From the NCBI GenBank assembly GCA_041242255.1, contig JBESAV010000001.1, positions 603,449 through 667,448 of the forward strand: a DNA stretch of 64,000 nucleotides. The letters run 5' to 3'. Positions 1 to 10,999 of this stretch are shown piece after piece. How positions within the stretch are numbered: the first letter of the stretch is position 1; each line of letters begins with the position of its first letter. A model generated the notes under the pieces. It saw only the letters and a program-made list of their open reading frames with translations, had not been told where the DNA came from and made no database searches. Origin of the DNA: Candidatus Altimarinota bacterium. GTDB lineage: Bacteria > Patescibacteriota > Gracilibacteria > UBA1369 > GCA-2718715. The position numbers and the translations under genes were made by a program.

Positions 1-38
1 AAGATCATTACCACAAATCCTAAAGATCTTATCAAGAA

Positions 39-1793
39 TTAATTTCTTACCTCAAATATAGCTTTATTTAACTGAGCATCATTCCCAGATGCAATATCTT
101 CATCAGTGATCTCAACCTCAAAATCAGGTCTTATCCCAACTTTATCGATTGTTCTGAATCCTAAATCAGAAGGAACCATCCATTCTGCAACTGTAATTTT
201 TAGAGATGACTTATCAGTATAATTCACTAATTCTTGTACAGTACCTTTCCCAAAACTCTTTTTTCCAACCACAACAGCATCTAAATGATAATCCAAAGTC
301 CCAGTCAAAATCTCTGAAGCTGATGCACTTCCTTCATTTATAAGTATTCCCATTGGAATCCCACTAACTTTAGCAGAGGAGTCAGTTCTCAAAGTCTGAG
401 AAGATCTATTATTGTAGTTTACTTGAACTACATCAGCACTTGGTCCAACAAACAAATCAGCCACATCAACAGCCTCATTCACGAAGCCACCTGGATTATT
501 TCTAAGGTCTAAAATTATTCCATTCAGATCTTCAGTATCGATACTATCAAGCACAGACTCAATGCTATTTGCTAAACCAGACCCAAAAGTATTAATTTTC
601 AAAATCAATATGTTATCAAGCGTCTGTTCAGCCGTAACAAATTCAACTTTCACCATTGCTCTTACAATATTAAAGTTCAATTCACGACCGTCTCTTAAAA
701 CAGTAATCTGAACAGAGGTTCCAGCCTCACCCTTAATCAAGCTGATAGCCTCATCTAAATTCATACCTTCAAGACTTTGACCATCTACTCTCGTAATGAT
801 ATCTCCAGACTTGATCCCAGCTTTTTCCGCAGGAGAATTTAAAATAGGGGATACAACAATCACTTGACCATTTTCAAAATGCAATGATGCCCCAATACCT
901 TCATAACTATCACTCAGTGTATTCTCTAGAGCTCTAGCCTCAGTCGGTATTTGAAAAGTAGTGTATGGATCATCCAAAGCTTCAACTAGACCATCAATTG
1001 CACCATATAAAAGTTGATCTTTTTTCACATCATCCGCGTACAAAAAGTCACTATTAGCTCTCAACCATACATCTTCAAGTATCTTGAATTGCTCTACTCT
1101 AGCTAAGCTTGAGTTAACATTTGAACCTTGCTCCACATTTATAACTACCTCCTTGTCTGCTCCAACAGCAGCATCTACTATCGCAAACCTATATACAAGT
1201 TTAGCAAAATCCCTTCTAGTAAAGAAACCAAAGGTGTCATATCTTCTATTCTCAGCCTCAATTATACCAAGCTTAAGCCCACGATCTACAAACGGAGCAT
1301 AAACAGATTTATAGTAAATATTATCTATTTGAGACTCCAGATAAGAGCTATCAGTTAGAACTTTCTGAACTGGTACACCCTTGTATCTAAAGAAATATCT
1401 CAATGCATTCCAATTTTTAAGTTTAACTTCTTGATTCGACAAGATGTCACCAACTTGATAATCAAACACACCTAAATCATACATCCGCTCAAAGTAAGGT
1501 TCATATTCAGGCCCAAGATCTTGCAGGTCTAGTTCTATTGAATTTGGCGTATTGATATCATATCCATCTGCTCTCAAAAGCATTTCAAAGAGCTCACCCT
1601 TAGTCATAACTTTATCAGGCATAAACTCATCATTTCCAAAAAGCCCTAAACTCTCAACGTAGCTAATGGCTTCAAAATCCTTATCTAGATTATTTATATC
1701 ACTATAAGCAGCTGCTGAAAGGCCCCCGATTGAAGATAAATACACTCCTACCATTGCTGAAACTAATAATTTTCTTTTAAACATTCTTACCAA
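39..1793 (-). CDS. S41 family C-terminal processing peptidase with PDZ domain, signal peptide and N-terminal SLH-like repeats
   Basis: 584-aa ORF. PDZ segment GIKSGDIITRVDGQSLEGM. S41 motifs ILDLRNNPGGF, GSASASEI and GKKSFGKGTVQ. Hydrophobic N-terminus. Confidence 0.9.
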   Translation of the reverse strand: MVRMFKRKLLVSAMVGVYLSSIGGLSAAAYSDINNLDKDFEAISYVESLGLFGNDEFMPDKVMTKGELFEMLLRADGYDINTPNSIELDLQDLGPEYEPYFERMYDLGVFDYQVGDILSNQEVKLKNWNALRYFFRYKGVPVQKVLTDSSYLESQIDNIYYKSVYAPFVDRGLKLGIIEAENRRYDTFGFFTRRDFAKLVYRFAIVDAAVGADKEVVINVEQGSNVNSSLARVEQFKILEDVWLRANSDFLYADDVKKDQLLYGAIDGLVEALDDPYTTFQIPTEARALENTLSDSYEGIGASLHFENGQVIVVSPILNSPAEKAGIKSGDIITRVDGQSLEGMNLDEAISLIKGEAGTSVQITVLRDGRELNFNIVRAMVKVEFVTAEQTLDNILILKINTFGSGLANSIESVLDSIDTEDLNGIILDLRNNPGGFVNEAVDVADLFVGPSADVVQVNYNNRSSQTLRTDSSAKVSGIPMGILINEGSASASEILTGTLDYHLDAVVVGKKSFGKGTVQELVNYTDKSSLKITVAEWMVPSDLGFRTIDKVGIRPDFEVEITDEDIASGNDAQLNKAIFEVRN

Positions 1794-1873
1794 TTAAATC
1801 ATGCCAATTATATAGCCAACTAATTGTAAAACCTAATCAATTATTGTATAATGATAAGATTTAATATTATGCT

Positions 1874-3391
1874 TTGTACACCAAGGATAGAAACCCAATA
1901 AAACCAATTCTAACTGGAGCCTTATGTCTAGTGTTTCTTATAGTTAGTCTCTTAGTCGAATCAAGCTTTGCTAACACAGTTCAATCCGAACCAGATTATA
2001 TTTTTAAGATCGAGTCTCAACCATCAGATTTTACTCTAACATTCAAAGATTCCGAGCCAGCTCAACCAAGTTCAAATTTTATTTTCAATTTCCCAACCAG
2101 CCTAAAAGCCAACAACAATCTATCGGTCATAAACTCTTTTAAAGACACAAGGTATGTCCTCAGCCAAGACACAGAACTTTCTACTCTTATTGCTAGAAAC
2201 GACGACCAAAGGCTTCATACCAAGCTAGAGTCAGGTCAGCTAATTCTTGATGCCAGGCAAACCTCTCAAAGCATCCAAACAATTCAAGTCGGAAATGTAT
2301 TCTTGAAACCTTTCACAAACGGAATCTACTACCTTTCCAAAAGTGAAAACAACACAACCATAGGATCGATCCAAGGTTCATTTGTGCTTGGAGTTTACGG
2401 TAGTAACGGTAGCCTTCAGAGCACCTTACTAATCCATAGATACCAAGAAGTAAATTTTGGTTCATTTCTTGATCCAAACTCAGTAGAGGTAAGCTCACTT
2501 TCAAGCAACAATTTCACTGACGATTTTAGATTCTCCCAATTTTACAACATAGATCAAAGCGTACTAGAAGGAGAACTATTCACACTTACATTCAAAGGTA
2601 AAACATTAAAAGCAACCAACTCAAATCCAATCCAAGCCTCATTAAGCCCACTAAATTTTAATCAAAGAAAAGAAAATTTCCTTATTGTTTATCCTTTCTA
2701 CAAAAAGCTAGAAGACGCTAAGCAACTAATAAAAGCCAACAACACAGAAAATCTAAGTCAAACTTTAGCAGAAGCCCGTCAGATATATTCTGCAGCTATC
2801 ACTGAAGATCCAACGGGCCAATCTCTCTTCCGAGAAACAGCGAACATGAACCTTCAGCTAATCTCTGGTTTAAACCCACTTTCAAAATACAACTCCTTGA
2901 AGATTTTTTTAGCAGACACTTTCAGTAATTCGTTAGATAGTGTCACTGCCTTGAAACTTTCCTTATCTTTATTGGAAGACATAAATTATGGATATGATAA
3001 TTCTAAACCAGATATATCAGTTAGATCTGAGCAAGTTTTATTAAAAGTCATCTCTTCATCAGGTTTAAAAGAAATCCAAACCAGCGACAAGATCAATTTA
3101 GTCGTAGTTATGGATAATATTATTGATACATATCCCCAGTCACTAACCTCAACACTTTTTAGAGCAAGAGAACAGGTGGTTCAAGAAATAATGTCAGAAA
3201 CAGATGACCAGGATCTTATAAATCAATTTGAAGCCAGAAAAATAACTTTCATTCAAGAAGTAATTAACCGTGCTCAATCCGGAGATATTGAAATTGAAAA
3301 GGCTAAGAATATAAGTTTTACAATTATTGAAACCCTTCCAGAAGACCTACAAGACACATACAGACTTCAACTTAATGAAATAGATCAGTAA
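1874..3391 (+). CDS. hypothetical secreted or membrane-anchored protein
   Basis: 505-aa ORF with TTG start and an N-terminal hydrophobic segment (ILTGALCLVFLIVSLLV). No recognisable domain. Confidence 0.55.
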   Translation: MYTKDRNPIKPILTGALCLVFLIVSLLVESSFANTVQSEPDYIFKIESQPSDFTLTFKDSEPAQPSSNFIFNFPTSLKANNNLSVINSFKDTRYVLSQDTELSTLIARNDDQRLHTKLESGQLILDARQTSQSIQTIQVGNVFLKPFTNGIYYLSKSENNTTIGSIQGSFVLGVYGSNGSLQSTLLIHRYQEVNFGSFLDPNSVEVSSLSSNNFTDDFRFSQFYNIDQSVLEGELFTLTFKGKTLKATNSNPIQASLSPLNFNQRKENFLIVYPFYKKLEDAKQLIKANNTENLSQTLAEARQIYSAAITEDPTGQSLFRETANMNLQLISGLNPLSKYNSLKIFLADTFSNSLDSVTALKLSLSLLEDINYGYDNSKPDISVRSEQVLLKVISSSGLKEIQTSDKINLVVVMDNIIDTYPQSLTSTLFRAREQVVQEIMSETDDQDLINQFEARKITFIQEVINRAQSGDIEIEKAKNISFTIIETLPEDLQDTYRLQLNEIDQ

Positions 3392-3402
3392 AGAGATAAA
3401 TT

Positions 3403-3430
3403 TTTGCAATCGTTCTAATAGTGCTATACT
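3403..3430 (+). promoter_or_regulatory. candidate sigma70-type promoter upstream of gyrB
   Basis: TTTGCA/TTGCAA -35, 15-16 nt spacer, extended -10 TGcTATACT about 30 nt before the gyrB ATG. Confidence 0.35.
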
Positions 3431-3449
3431 AGGCGGGACAAAAATATAA

Positions 3450-5372
<1,923 letters not shown>

Positions 5373-5379
5373 GAAAACC

Positions 5380-5407
5380 TTGAAAAAAACAAATAAATTC
5401 CTATAAT
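5380..5407 (+). promoter_or_regulatory. candidate promoter upstream of rpsU
   Basis: TTGAAA, 16 nt spacer, TATAAT, ending 25 nt before the rpsU ATG. Confidence 0.4.
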
Positions 5408-5432
5408 ACCACCAAAATATTAATTATTAGCA

Positions 5433-5642
5433 ATGACATTAGTTCACGTTAAAAGAGATCCGAAAGAAAGTTTCGAAAGAATGCTATCAAGATTCAAAAA
5501 ACTTCTGCAAAGAAGTCACAAGATTCAAGACGCAAAAGAAAACCAATTTCACCAAAAAAATCCTACTAAAAGGTACCAAAGACAAGCTGCAATCATGAGA
5601 GAGTACTACAGAGCTAAAAAAGCCAAAAGACAACTTTACTAG
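5433..5642 (+). CDS. rpsU: 30S ribosomal protein S21
   Basis: 69-aa very basic ORF. ESFERMLSRFKK and the C-terminal basic tail are typical of bS21. Confidence 0.85.
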   Translation: MTLVHVKRDPKESFERMLSRFKKLLQRSHKIQDAKENQFHQKNPTKRYQRQAAIMREYYRAKKAKRQLY

Positions 5643-5648
5643 TCTATC

Positions 5649-6449
5649 TTGAATAAAGCTCTATCCAAACTCGACCATATTATCCTCCTTCAAAAAGTAA
5701 CCCAACTTTCCAAGGAGGATCTTTTTATGTGTAACTACAAACCAAGACTATCATTCCTCCAAAAGGTAAAACTCAAACATTATACCAAGCAAAGACTCAA
5801 TGGTAAGCCGATTGCGTACATAACAAATTCAAAAGAATTCTATGGAAGAGAATTTTATGTAAACAAGAATACCCTTATCCCAAGACCAGAAACCGAACAA
5901 ATTGTAAACAAAGCATTATCTATAGAAAAAAATCCCAAGTCTATTTTAGATATTGGTACAGGCTCAGGGTGCCTTGCAGTTACTCTCAAAAAAGAATTCC
6001 CCAAAGCTAGTCTAACCGCTATTGATATTTCATCAAAAGCTCTAATTGTTGCTCGGAAAAATGCCAAACATCATAACGCCAAAATTAATTTCTTAAAATC
6101 AGACTACCTATCAAAAGTAGCACCAAAGACAAGTTTTGATCTCATTGTAACAAACCCACCATACATTGAAAAAAACAATACCAATCTAGTTAGCCCCGAA
6201 ACAAAGAAGTATGAGCCACACCAAGCTCTTTTCGCAGATCAGAAGGGACTTGGAGCCTTCCAGGAAATTTTTAAGCAAATCCAGCAAAAAAACATTCAGT
6301 TTCATCATCTGATAGGCGAATTTGGCTTTGGACAAAAACCAGCACTTGAGTTACTATTGCAACAAAATTTTAAAGGTTGCTCATTCGAGTTTTTCGATGA
6401 CTTAAACCAAATACCCAGAATCTTCTTAATCACAAAACATGGAACTTGA
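5649..6449 (+). CDS. prmC: release factor glutamine N5-methyltransferase (HemK/PrmC)
   Basis: 266 aa. SAM-binding ILDIGTGSGC and catalytic IVTNPPYI (NPPY). Sits immediately upstream of prfA and overlaps it. Confidence 0.9.
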   Translation: MNKALSKLDHIILLQKVTQLSKEDLFMCNYKPRLSFLQKVKLKHYTKQRLNGKPIAYITNSKEFYGREFYVNKNTLIPRPETEQIVNKALSIEKNPKSILDIGTGSGCLAVTLKKEFPKASLTAIDISSKALIVARKNAKHHNAKINFLKSDYLSKVAPKTSFDLIVTNPPYIEKNNTNLVSPETKKYEPHQALFADQKGLGAFQEIFKQIQQKNIQFHHLIGEFGFGQKPALELLLQQNFKGCSFEFFDDLNQIPRIFLITKHGT

Positions 6450-7521
6450 ATCAAAACTACAAACCCTAGTCGATGAACTTAAAGAAATCGACCAAGAACT
6501 AATGAACCCTGATGTAGTCAGTGATCAAAATAAGTACAAAAATCTAATGGTCCGAAGGAGCGAGCTAGAACCAGTTGTTGAAGCTTTCCAAAAATACAAA
6601 GCATCATCCAAGAACCGCAAAGACGCCGAACAAATGCTGCAAAACGAATCTGACGCAGACATGAAAGAGTTTTATCAATCCGAAATCGAATCTTCAACTC
6701 AAAAAATAGAAAAACTAGAAGAAGAGCTCAAAAAAGCTCTAATTCCAAAAGATCCAAAAGATTACAAAAATTGTATCATCGAAGTAAGAGCCGGTGCAGG
6801 TGGAGACGAAGCCTCACTTTTTGCTGGTGAGCTAGCTAGAATGTACATGAGATATGGTGAACAAAATGGTTTCACCTCAGAGATCCTTAGTCAAAGTGAC
6901 AATGATACAGGAGGAGTAAAAGAAATGATCATTCAAATGTCTGGTCCAAAACCATATGGAACCTTTAAGTTTGAAAGTGGTGTCCACAGAGTTCAAAGAG
7001 TTCCAGTAACAGAGTCACAAGGTAGAATTCACACATCAGCTGCTTCTGTAGTAGTTTTACCTGAGGTTGATGACATAGATATCAACCTTGATCCAAACGA
7101 CTTACGTATCGACGTATTCCGCTCTAGTGGACCAGGTGGACAATCTGTTAATACTACTGACTCCGCAATTCGTATAACCCATGAGCCAACCGGTATAACT
7201 GTTTCTTGTCAGGATGAAAAATCCCAACATAAAAACAAAGACAAAGCCATGGCTATTCTTAAATCACGTCTTTTCGACCTTGAGGAGGCAAAGCGTATGA
7301 AAGAATTAGGTGCCGCTAGACAATCAAGTATTGGGTCAGGTGATAGGTCAGAAAAAATTAGAACCTACAACTTCCCACAAGATAGAGTAACTGATCATCG
7401 TATTAAGCAATCATGGAACAACCTTCCATCAATCCTAGATGGAAACCTCCAAGAGATAATCGAGGCAATCCAAGTTGAAGAACAAGCTAAGCTCCTTGCT
7501 GAAGCATCAAAGACTGAGTAA
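6439..7521 (+). CDS. prfA: peptide chain release factor 1
   Basis: 360 aa. GGQ motif (SSGPGGQSVNTTDSAIRITH) and the RF1-type tripeptide PVT in RVQRVPVTESQGRIHTS. Confidence 0.97.
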   Translation: MELESKLQTLVDELKEIDQELMNPDVVSDQNKYKNLMVRRSELEPVVEAFQKYKASSKNRKDAEQMLQNESDADMKEFYQSEIESSTQKIEKLEEELKKALIPKDPKDYKNCIIEVRAGAGGDEASLFAGELARMYMRYGEQNGFTSEILSQSDNDTGGVKEMIIQMSGPKPYGTFKFESGVHRVQRVPVTESQGRIHTSAASVVVLPEVDDIDINLDPNDLRIDVFRSSGPGGQSVNTTDSAIRITHEPTGITVSCQDEKSQHKNKDKAMAILKSRLFDLEEAKRMKELGAARQSSIGSGDRSEKIRTYNFPQDRVTDHRIKQSWNNLPSILDGNLQEIIEAIQVEEQAKLLAEASKTE

Positions 7522-7890
7522 CCAGTTCTTAAGTTCAGCATTTTCAATCTTTTTCTTAAAAACATGAGCCCCGCTCATTAGTTGTTTAAGCTTTTCTGGG
7601 TTGGCTGATGAAACAATACATCTTTTTGATATATCATTTTTTTCACATACTTTCATGACTTCATCACCATTCCTTATGGGCATATTAAAGTCAGAAATTA
7701 CAACCCACTCAGAAGGTTCAAAGCTCCCCAAAGCTTTAGCTTCCAAAAAACTACAAGCTTCGAAACCATTTATAAATTCATAAATTTTATTTTCTGGATA
7801 TTTATCTCTGATTAATTCACGGTGCATTCGAATCCAATCAATATCGTCATCCACCACAACAAACTTGATATCCAGGTTTATATCAACCAT
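7507..7890 (-). CDS. stand-alone response regulator receiver (CheY-like) domain protein
   Basis: Receiver fold motifs FVVVDDD and VISDFNMP. I prefer the internal ATG at 7890 (MVDINLDIKF...) because the ORF-track start at 7968 overlaps the tatD start. Confidence 0.75.
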   Translation of the reverse strand: MVDINLDIKFVVVDDDIDWIRMHRELIRDKYPENKIYEFINGFEACSFLEAKALGSFEPSEWVVISDFNMPIRNGDEVMKVCEKNDISKRCIVSSANPEKLKQLMSGAHVFKKKIENAELKNWLLSL

Positions 7891-7926
7891 ACTACAACTA
7901 ATTATTTTTCCTAATTTATCACAAAA

Positions 7927-8670
7927 ATGTCTAATTCTCCATCTGTCCCAGAGATTTTCAAGTTTCAAAAGTCACCAACTAAAAAATCAGATGTTTTTTT
8001 CGACTCACACGCTCACATCCAGTATCCAGAATTTAAAGATTTAGATCCATTTATACAAAGAGCTAAGCAAATTGGACTAAGAGGAGTTGTCTGTGTCGGA
8101 ATTGATCATAAAACATCTCAACAAGCCCTTGAGATTCATAAAGCTAACTCAGACTACATTTACCCAACTATCGGAAACCACCCATACAATGCCGATCAAG
8201 ACTTCCAACCAATCTACGATCAAGCCCATCAATACAAAGATTCCTTTATAGGAATAGGGGAAACTGGACTAGATTATTTCAAAAACAAACTTTCAAAAAG
8301 CGTCCAAAAAGAATCACTCTTAAATCACGCCAAACTAGCCAAAGAATTAGACCTTCCTATCATCCTTCATCTAAGAGAGCTAGATGATTGCTGGGCAGAT
8401 TGTTGGGATATTCTAAAAAAAGCGCAATACCCCAAAGCTATATTCCATTGTTTTACAGGTTCATTAGACCAAGCTAAAGAAATCTGGTCACATGGCTACA
8501 AAACATCCTTTTCTCTACTTATTACTTATCCAAAAAACCAAGTACTAAAAGAAATCTATCAAAACTGCCCGCCAGAACATCTACTTATTGAGACTGACTC
8601 TCCTTACCTCCCACCACAAGATCTAAGAGGTCAAACAAACGAACCCTCTTATCTCTCGAATCTATCCTAG
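7927..8670 (+). CDS. tatD: TatD family metal-dependent hydrolase/DNase
   Basis: 247 aa. FDSHAHI, GETGLDY, HLRE, FHCFTGS and ETDSPYL motifs. The C-terminus looks short after NEPSY. Confidence 0.85.
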   Translation: MSNSPSVPEIFKFQKSPTKKSDVFFDSHAHIQYPEFKDLDPFIQRAKQIGLRGVVCVGIDHKTSQQALEIHKANSDYIYPTIGNHPYNADQDFQPIYDQAHQYKDSFIGIGETGLDYFKNKLSKSVQKESLLNHAKLAKELDLPIILHLRELDDCWADCWDILKKAQYPKAIFHCFTGSLDQAKEIWSHGYKTSFSLLITYPKNQVLKEIYQNCPPEHLLIETDSPYLPPQDLRGQTNEPSYLSNLS

Positions 8671-10888
8671 AGTGGATACTTAAAACACACGCAAATGTCT
8701 CCAAATCAGTCCTATCCTGAACTGATAAATTAACATTGTATAGGGCGGTAGAGTTATGGATACTCAAAACTGTCTCTATATGCCCAGGCTCAAATTCACA
8801 TGAGGTTTCGATATACATATTCTTCATTTCATCTATTTCTTCAATCAGCCTTTTCCTTTCATTTAGAGCAGAGTTAAGAAGGATTTCCCTAATAATTGCA
8901 GTCTGGTACTGCTCTTCCATAAACTTATTAGAAAACTTTCGACATAGATTTTTCAATGCATCACATACACTTTGATCCTCTAACACAACTTCGCTATCTT
9001 CATTTACAATAGTTGCTACAATTGAGTTAAACCTCAGTATGTCAATCTCTGAAATCTCACCCTCAAAAGCATATTTCCAGCTTAAGTACTCAATAGCTTT
9101 TTTAATCTCAGCTTCTGCAGGAAGCAGTCCAAGTTTATTTCTGGTATTTTCACATTGTCTAGCTTTATATGAAGAGTGATCTTCTGGATAAAAAAGTATC
9201 ATCATAATTTCTAATGGTACTGTTTCACCATCAACATCAAGATCCACAATATATTTAAAAGTCCTAATATTCTTAGAAAATTTATTCAAATGTGGTTCAT
9301 CATTCAGCAAAGAAGTCTTAACTTTTCTAATCTTCACTAGTGAAGCCCCAAGTTTTTTTACCAAAACATGAGTCATTCCTAAACAAAACTGTTTCAACTG
9401 CGCGTTATCTTGAGCAATCTCAATCTCATATGGTATTCCAACTCTACACCTAAAGGTATCATCAACTCTATCGCTACCCCTCAAGATTTTCTCTACTGCT
9501 GAGTACTTGGTCTTAGGCTGACCAAATTCAAGTACCACTGGGTTCGTATGGCCATTATGCCTTATTTTAGACAGATATACTCTATTGTTATCATTAGTTT
9601 TTACTTCGATCATCTGAGTTTCCACATTAGAGCTTAGTCTCCTTTCTATCTCTGAATCTATTTCTCTAATCCTATCTTCAGATCCATAGTATTCAGGTAG
9701 CTGTGTTTGAGCCATCATATGACGTAAAATATAAGAACAAACTGAAACATTGTTCCAATCGCAAAAACTCTCAATGATTTTCTTAGATTCCAAAAACTCC
9801 CTTAGCTCAACTAAAAGTTCTCCATTCACAGCTCGAGCAATATCCAGCTTAAAGTTACCACTTAAGATAGTTATCTTCTTATCAAACTTATCAAACATAT
9901 TTGCGTAACCTTCTTCAAAGCTTAAAGTTTCATCTTCAAGGTATCTAAAGTTATTAGCTAACCCTAAAATTGCATCCGCCAACATATTTCGGTTCCTTTC
10001 ATTATCCTCCAGCATTGTTTCATGTAGCTCAGAATCATTCAAAAACTCAAACTTATTTGCCTTAGGCTTATCAAATAAAAGGTTGATAATAAACCTAGTC
10101 TCAGCTTGTGTAAGGGCTCTACCAATAAAATCATTAAAAATCTCAGAAGTCTGAAAGTGATCCAAAGTATCTTCCAATGAGTTCAACCAATCATTTAAGA
10201 TATAAGTGGCTTTAAACAAATCACCAAGCTCTTCATCAGCTCTAAGACCTAGCCTTTCACTTATTTGCTTATTTTTTTCAATTAAGTCCCTCCTTTCATT
10301 AGTGCTATATTCAAGTCCTAATCTAACACTATCAGTAAGCTCAACGAAAATCTCTACATACTTCCTAGTCTGCCCTCTATTCAGTTTGTCTAATGTATAG
10401 TTGTCTTGTTCAACAATGGCCGCAATAACTTTTTCAGCAATATCATCATCTGCTACAATTCCATACCTTTCATACAAGTTTTTTGCCCCAATCATATAAA
10501 ACTTTGAGTGGATCGGCTCTTCTAATTCTTGTTCCTCTCTAGTCTCGGTAATAATTTTCTCCTCAAGTTGCTTCATAGTAGCCATACTCAAAGGCCTATT
10601 AGAGCTAATATTTATGCTGTCATAAAGTTCTCTATACTTACTCATTGGAGCATTTAAGTATGGGTGAGCTAATCTATTTTCAGAATACAATTCTAATTTC
10701 TCCAGCTCATGGCATAACCTTTCATGATCCTCAAGTGAACTACTAGAGTCCAAAACTCTAAGCACAGATGGATTAATACCCATTTGACTTACGATATCAG
10801 AATAACTAGATTCATCATCTAAACTACTAAAATCATCATCTTCGATACTCATATTTCTAAGTAATCTGTCGATATCTTTCTCAGTCAT
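8585..10888 (-). CDS. large hypothetical protein with a possible RelA/SpoT-like nucleotidyltransferase core (residues ~455-578)
   Basis: 767-aa ORF with an acidic N-terminus. Motifs PKTKYSAVEKILRG, DDTFRCRVGI, FKYIVDLDV and PLEIMMILFYPEDHSSYK resemble Syn1-Syn4 of RSH synthetases. Recognised by eye only. Confidence 0.6.
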   Translation of the reverse strand: MTEKDIDRLLRNMSIEDDDFSSLDDESSYSDIVSQMGINPSVLRVLDSSSSLEDHERLCHELEKLELYSENRLAHPYLNAPMSKYRELYDSINISSNRPLSMATMKQLEEKIITETREEQELEEPIHSKFYMIGAKNLYERYGIVADDDIAEKVIAAIVEQDNYTLDKLNRGQTRKYVEIFVELTDSVRLGLEYSTNERRDLIEKNKQISERLGLRADEELGDLFKATYILNDWLNSLEDTLDHFQTSEIFNDFIGRALTQAETRFIINLLFDKPKANKFEFLNDSELHETMLEDNERNRNMLADAILGLANNFRYLEDETLSFEEGYANMFDKFDKKITILSGNFKLDIARAVNGELLVELREFLESKKIIESFCDWNNVSVCSYILRHMMAQTQLPEYYGSEDRIREIDSEIERRLSSNVETQMIEVKTNDNNRVYLSKIRHNGHTNPVVLEFGQPKTKYSAVEKILRGSDRVDDTFRCRVGIPYEIEIAQDNAQLKQFCLGMTHVLVKKLGASLVKIRKVKTSLLNDEPHLNKFSKNIRTFKYIVDLDVDGETVPLEIMMILFYPEDHSSYKARQCENTRNKLGLLPAEAEIKKAIEYLSWKYAFEGEISEIDILRFNSIVATIVNEDSEVVLEDQSVCDALKNLCRKFSNKFMEEQYQTAIIREILLNSALNERKRLIEEIDEMKNMYIETSCEFEPGHIETVLSIHNSTALYNVNLSVQDRTDLETFACVLSIHSRIDSRDKRVRLFDLLDLVVGGKESQSQ

Positions 10889-10999
10889 TCTTGAATTTTA
10901 ATATACAGCATCATAATAATCATTTCGCAATATGTCAAGTCTCATCAACATGTAAATTACTTCAAATTCTTGTTAAGATTAGATAAATAATTTCAAAAC

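Noticed and set aside
6439-6449. Alternative genetic code (UGA as Gly or Trp, as in Gracilibacteria/SR1 or Mycoplasma), considered because the content looks CPR-like
   Set aside because: prmC terminates at TGA in the classical ATGGAACTTGA overlap with prfA. Conserved proteins (GyrB, LepA, GroEL, RadA) are full length under the standard code. tRNA-Trp has anticodon CCA, not UCA.
7507-7968. Long form of the receiver-domain ORF starting at 7968
   Set aside because: The extra 26 residues (MKLENLWDRWRIRHFCDKLGKIISCS) overlap the tatD start on the other strand and precede the natural start of the receiver fold. The ATG at 7890 is preferred.
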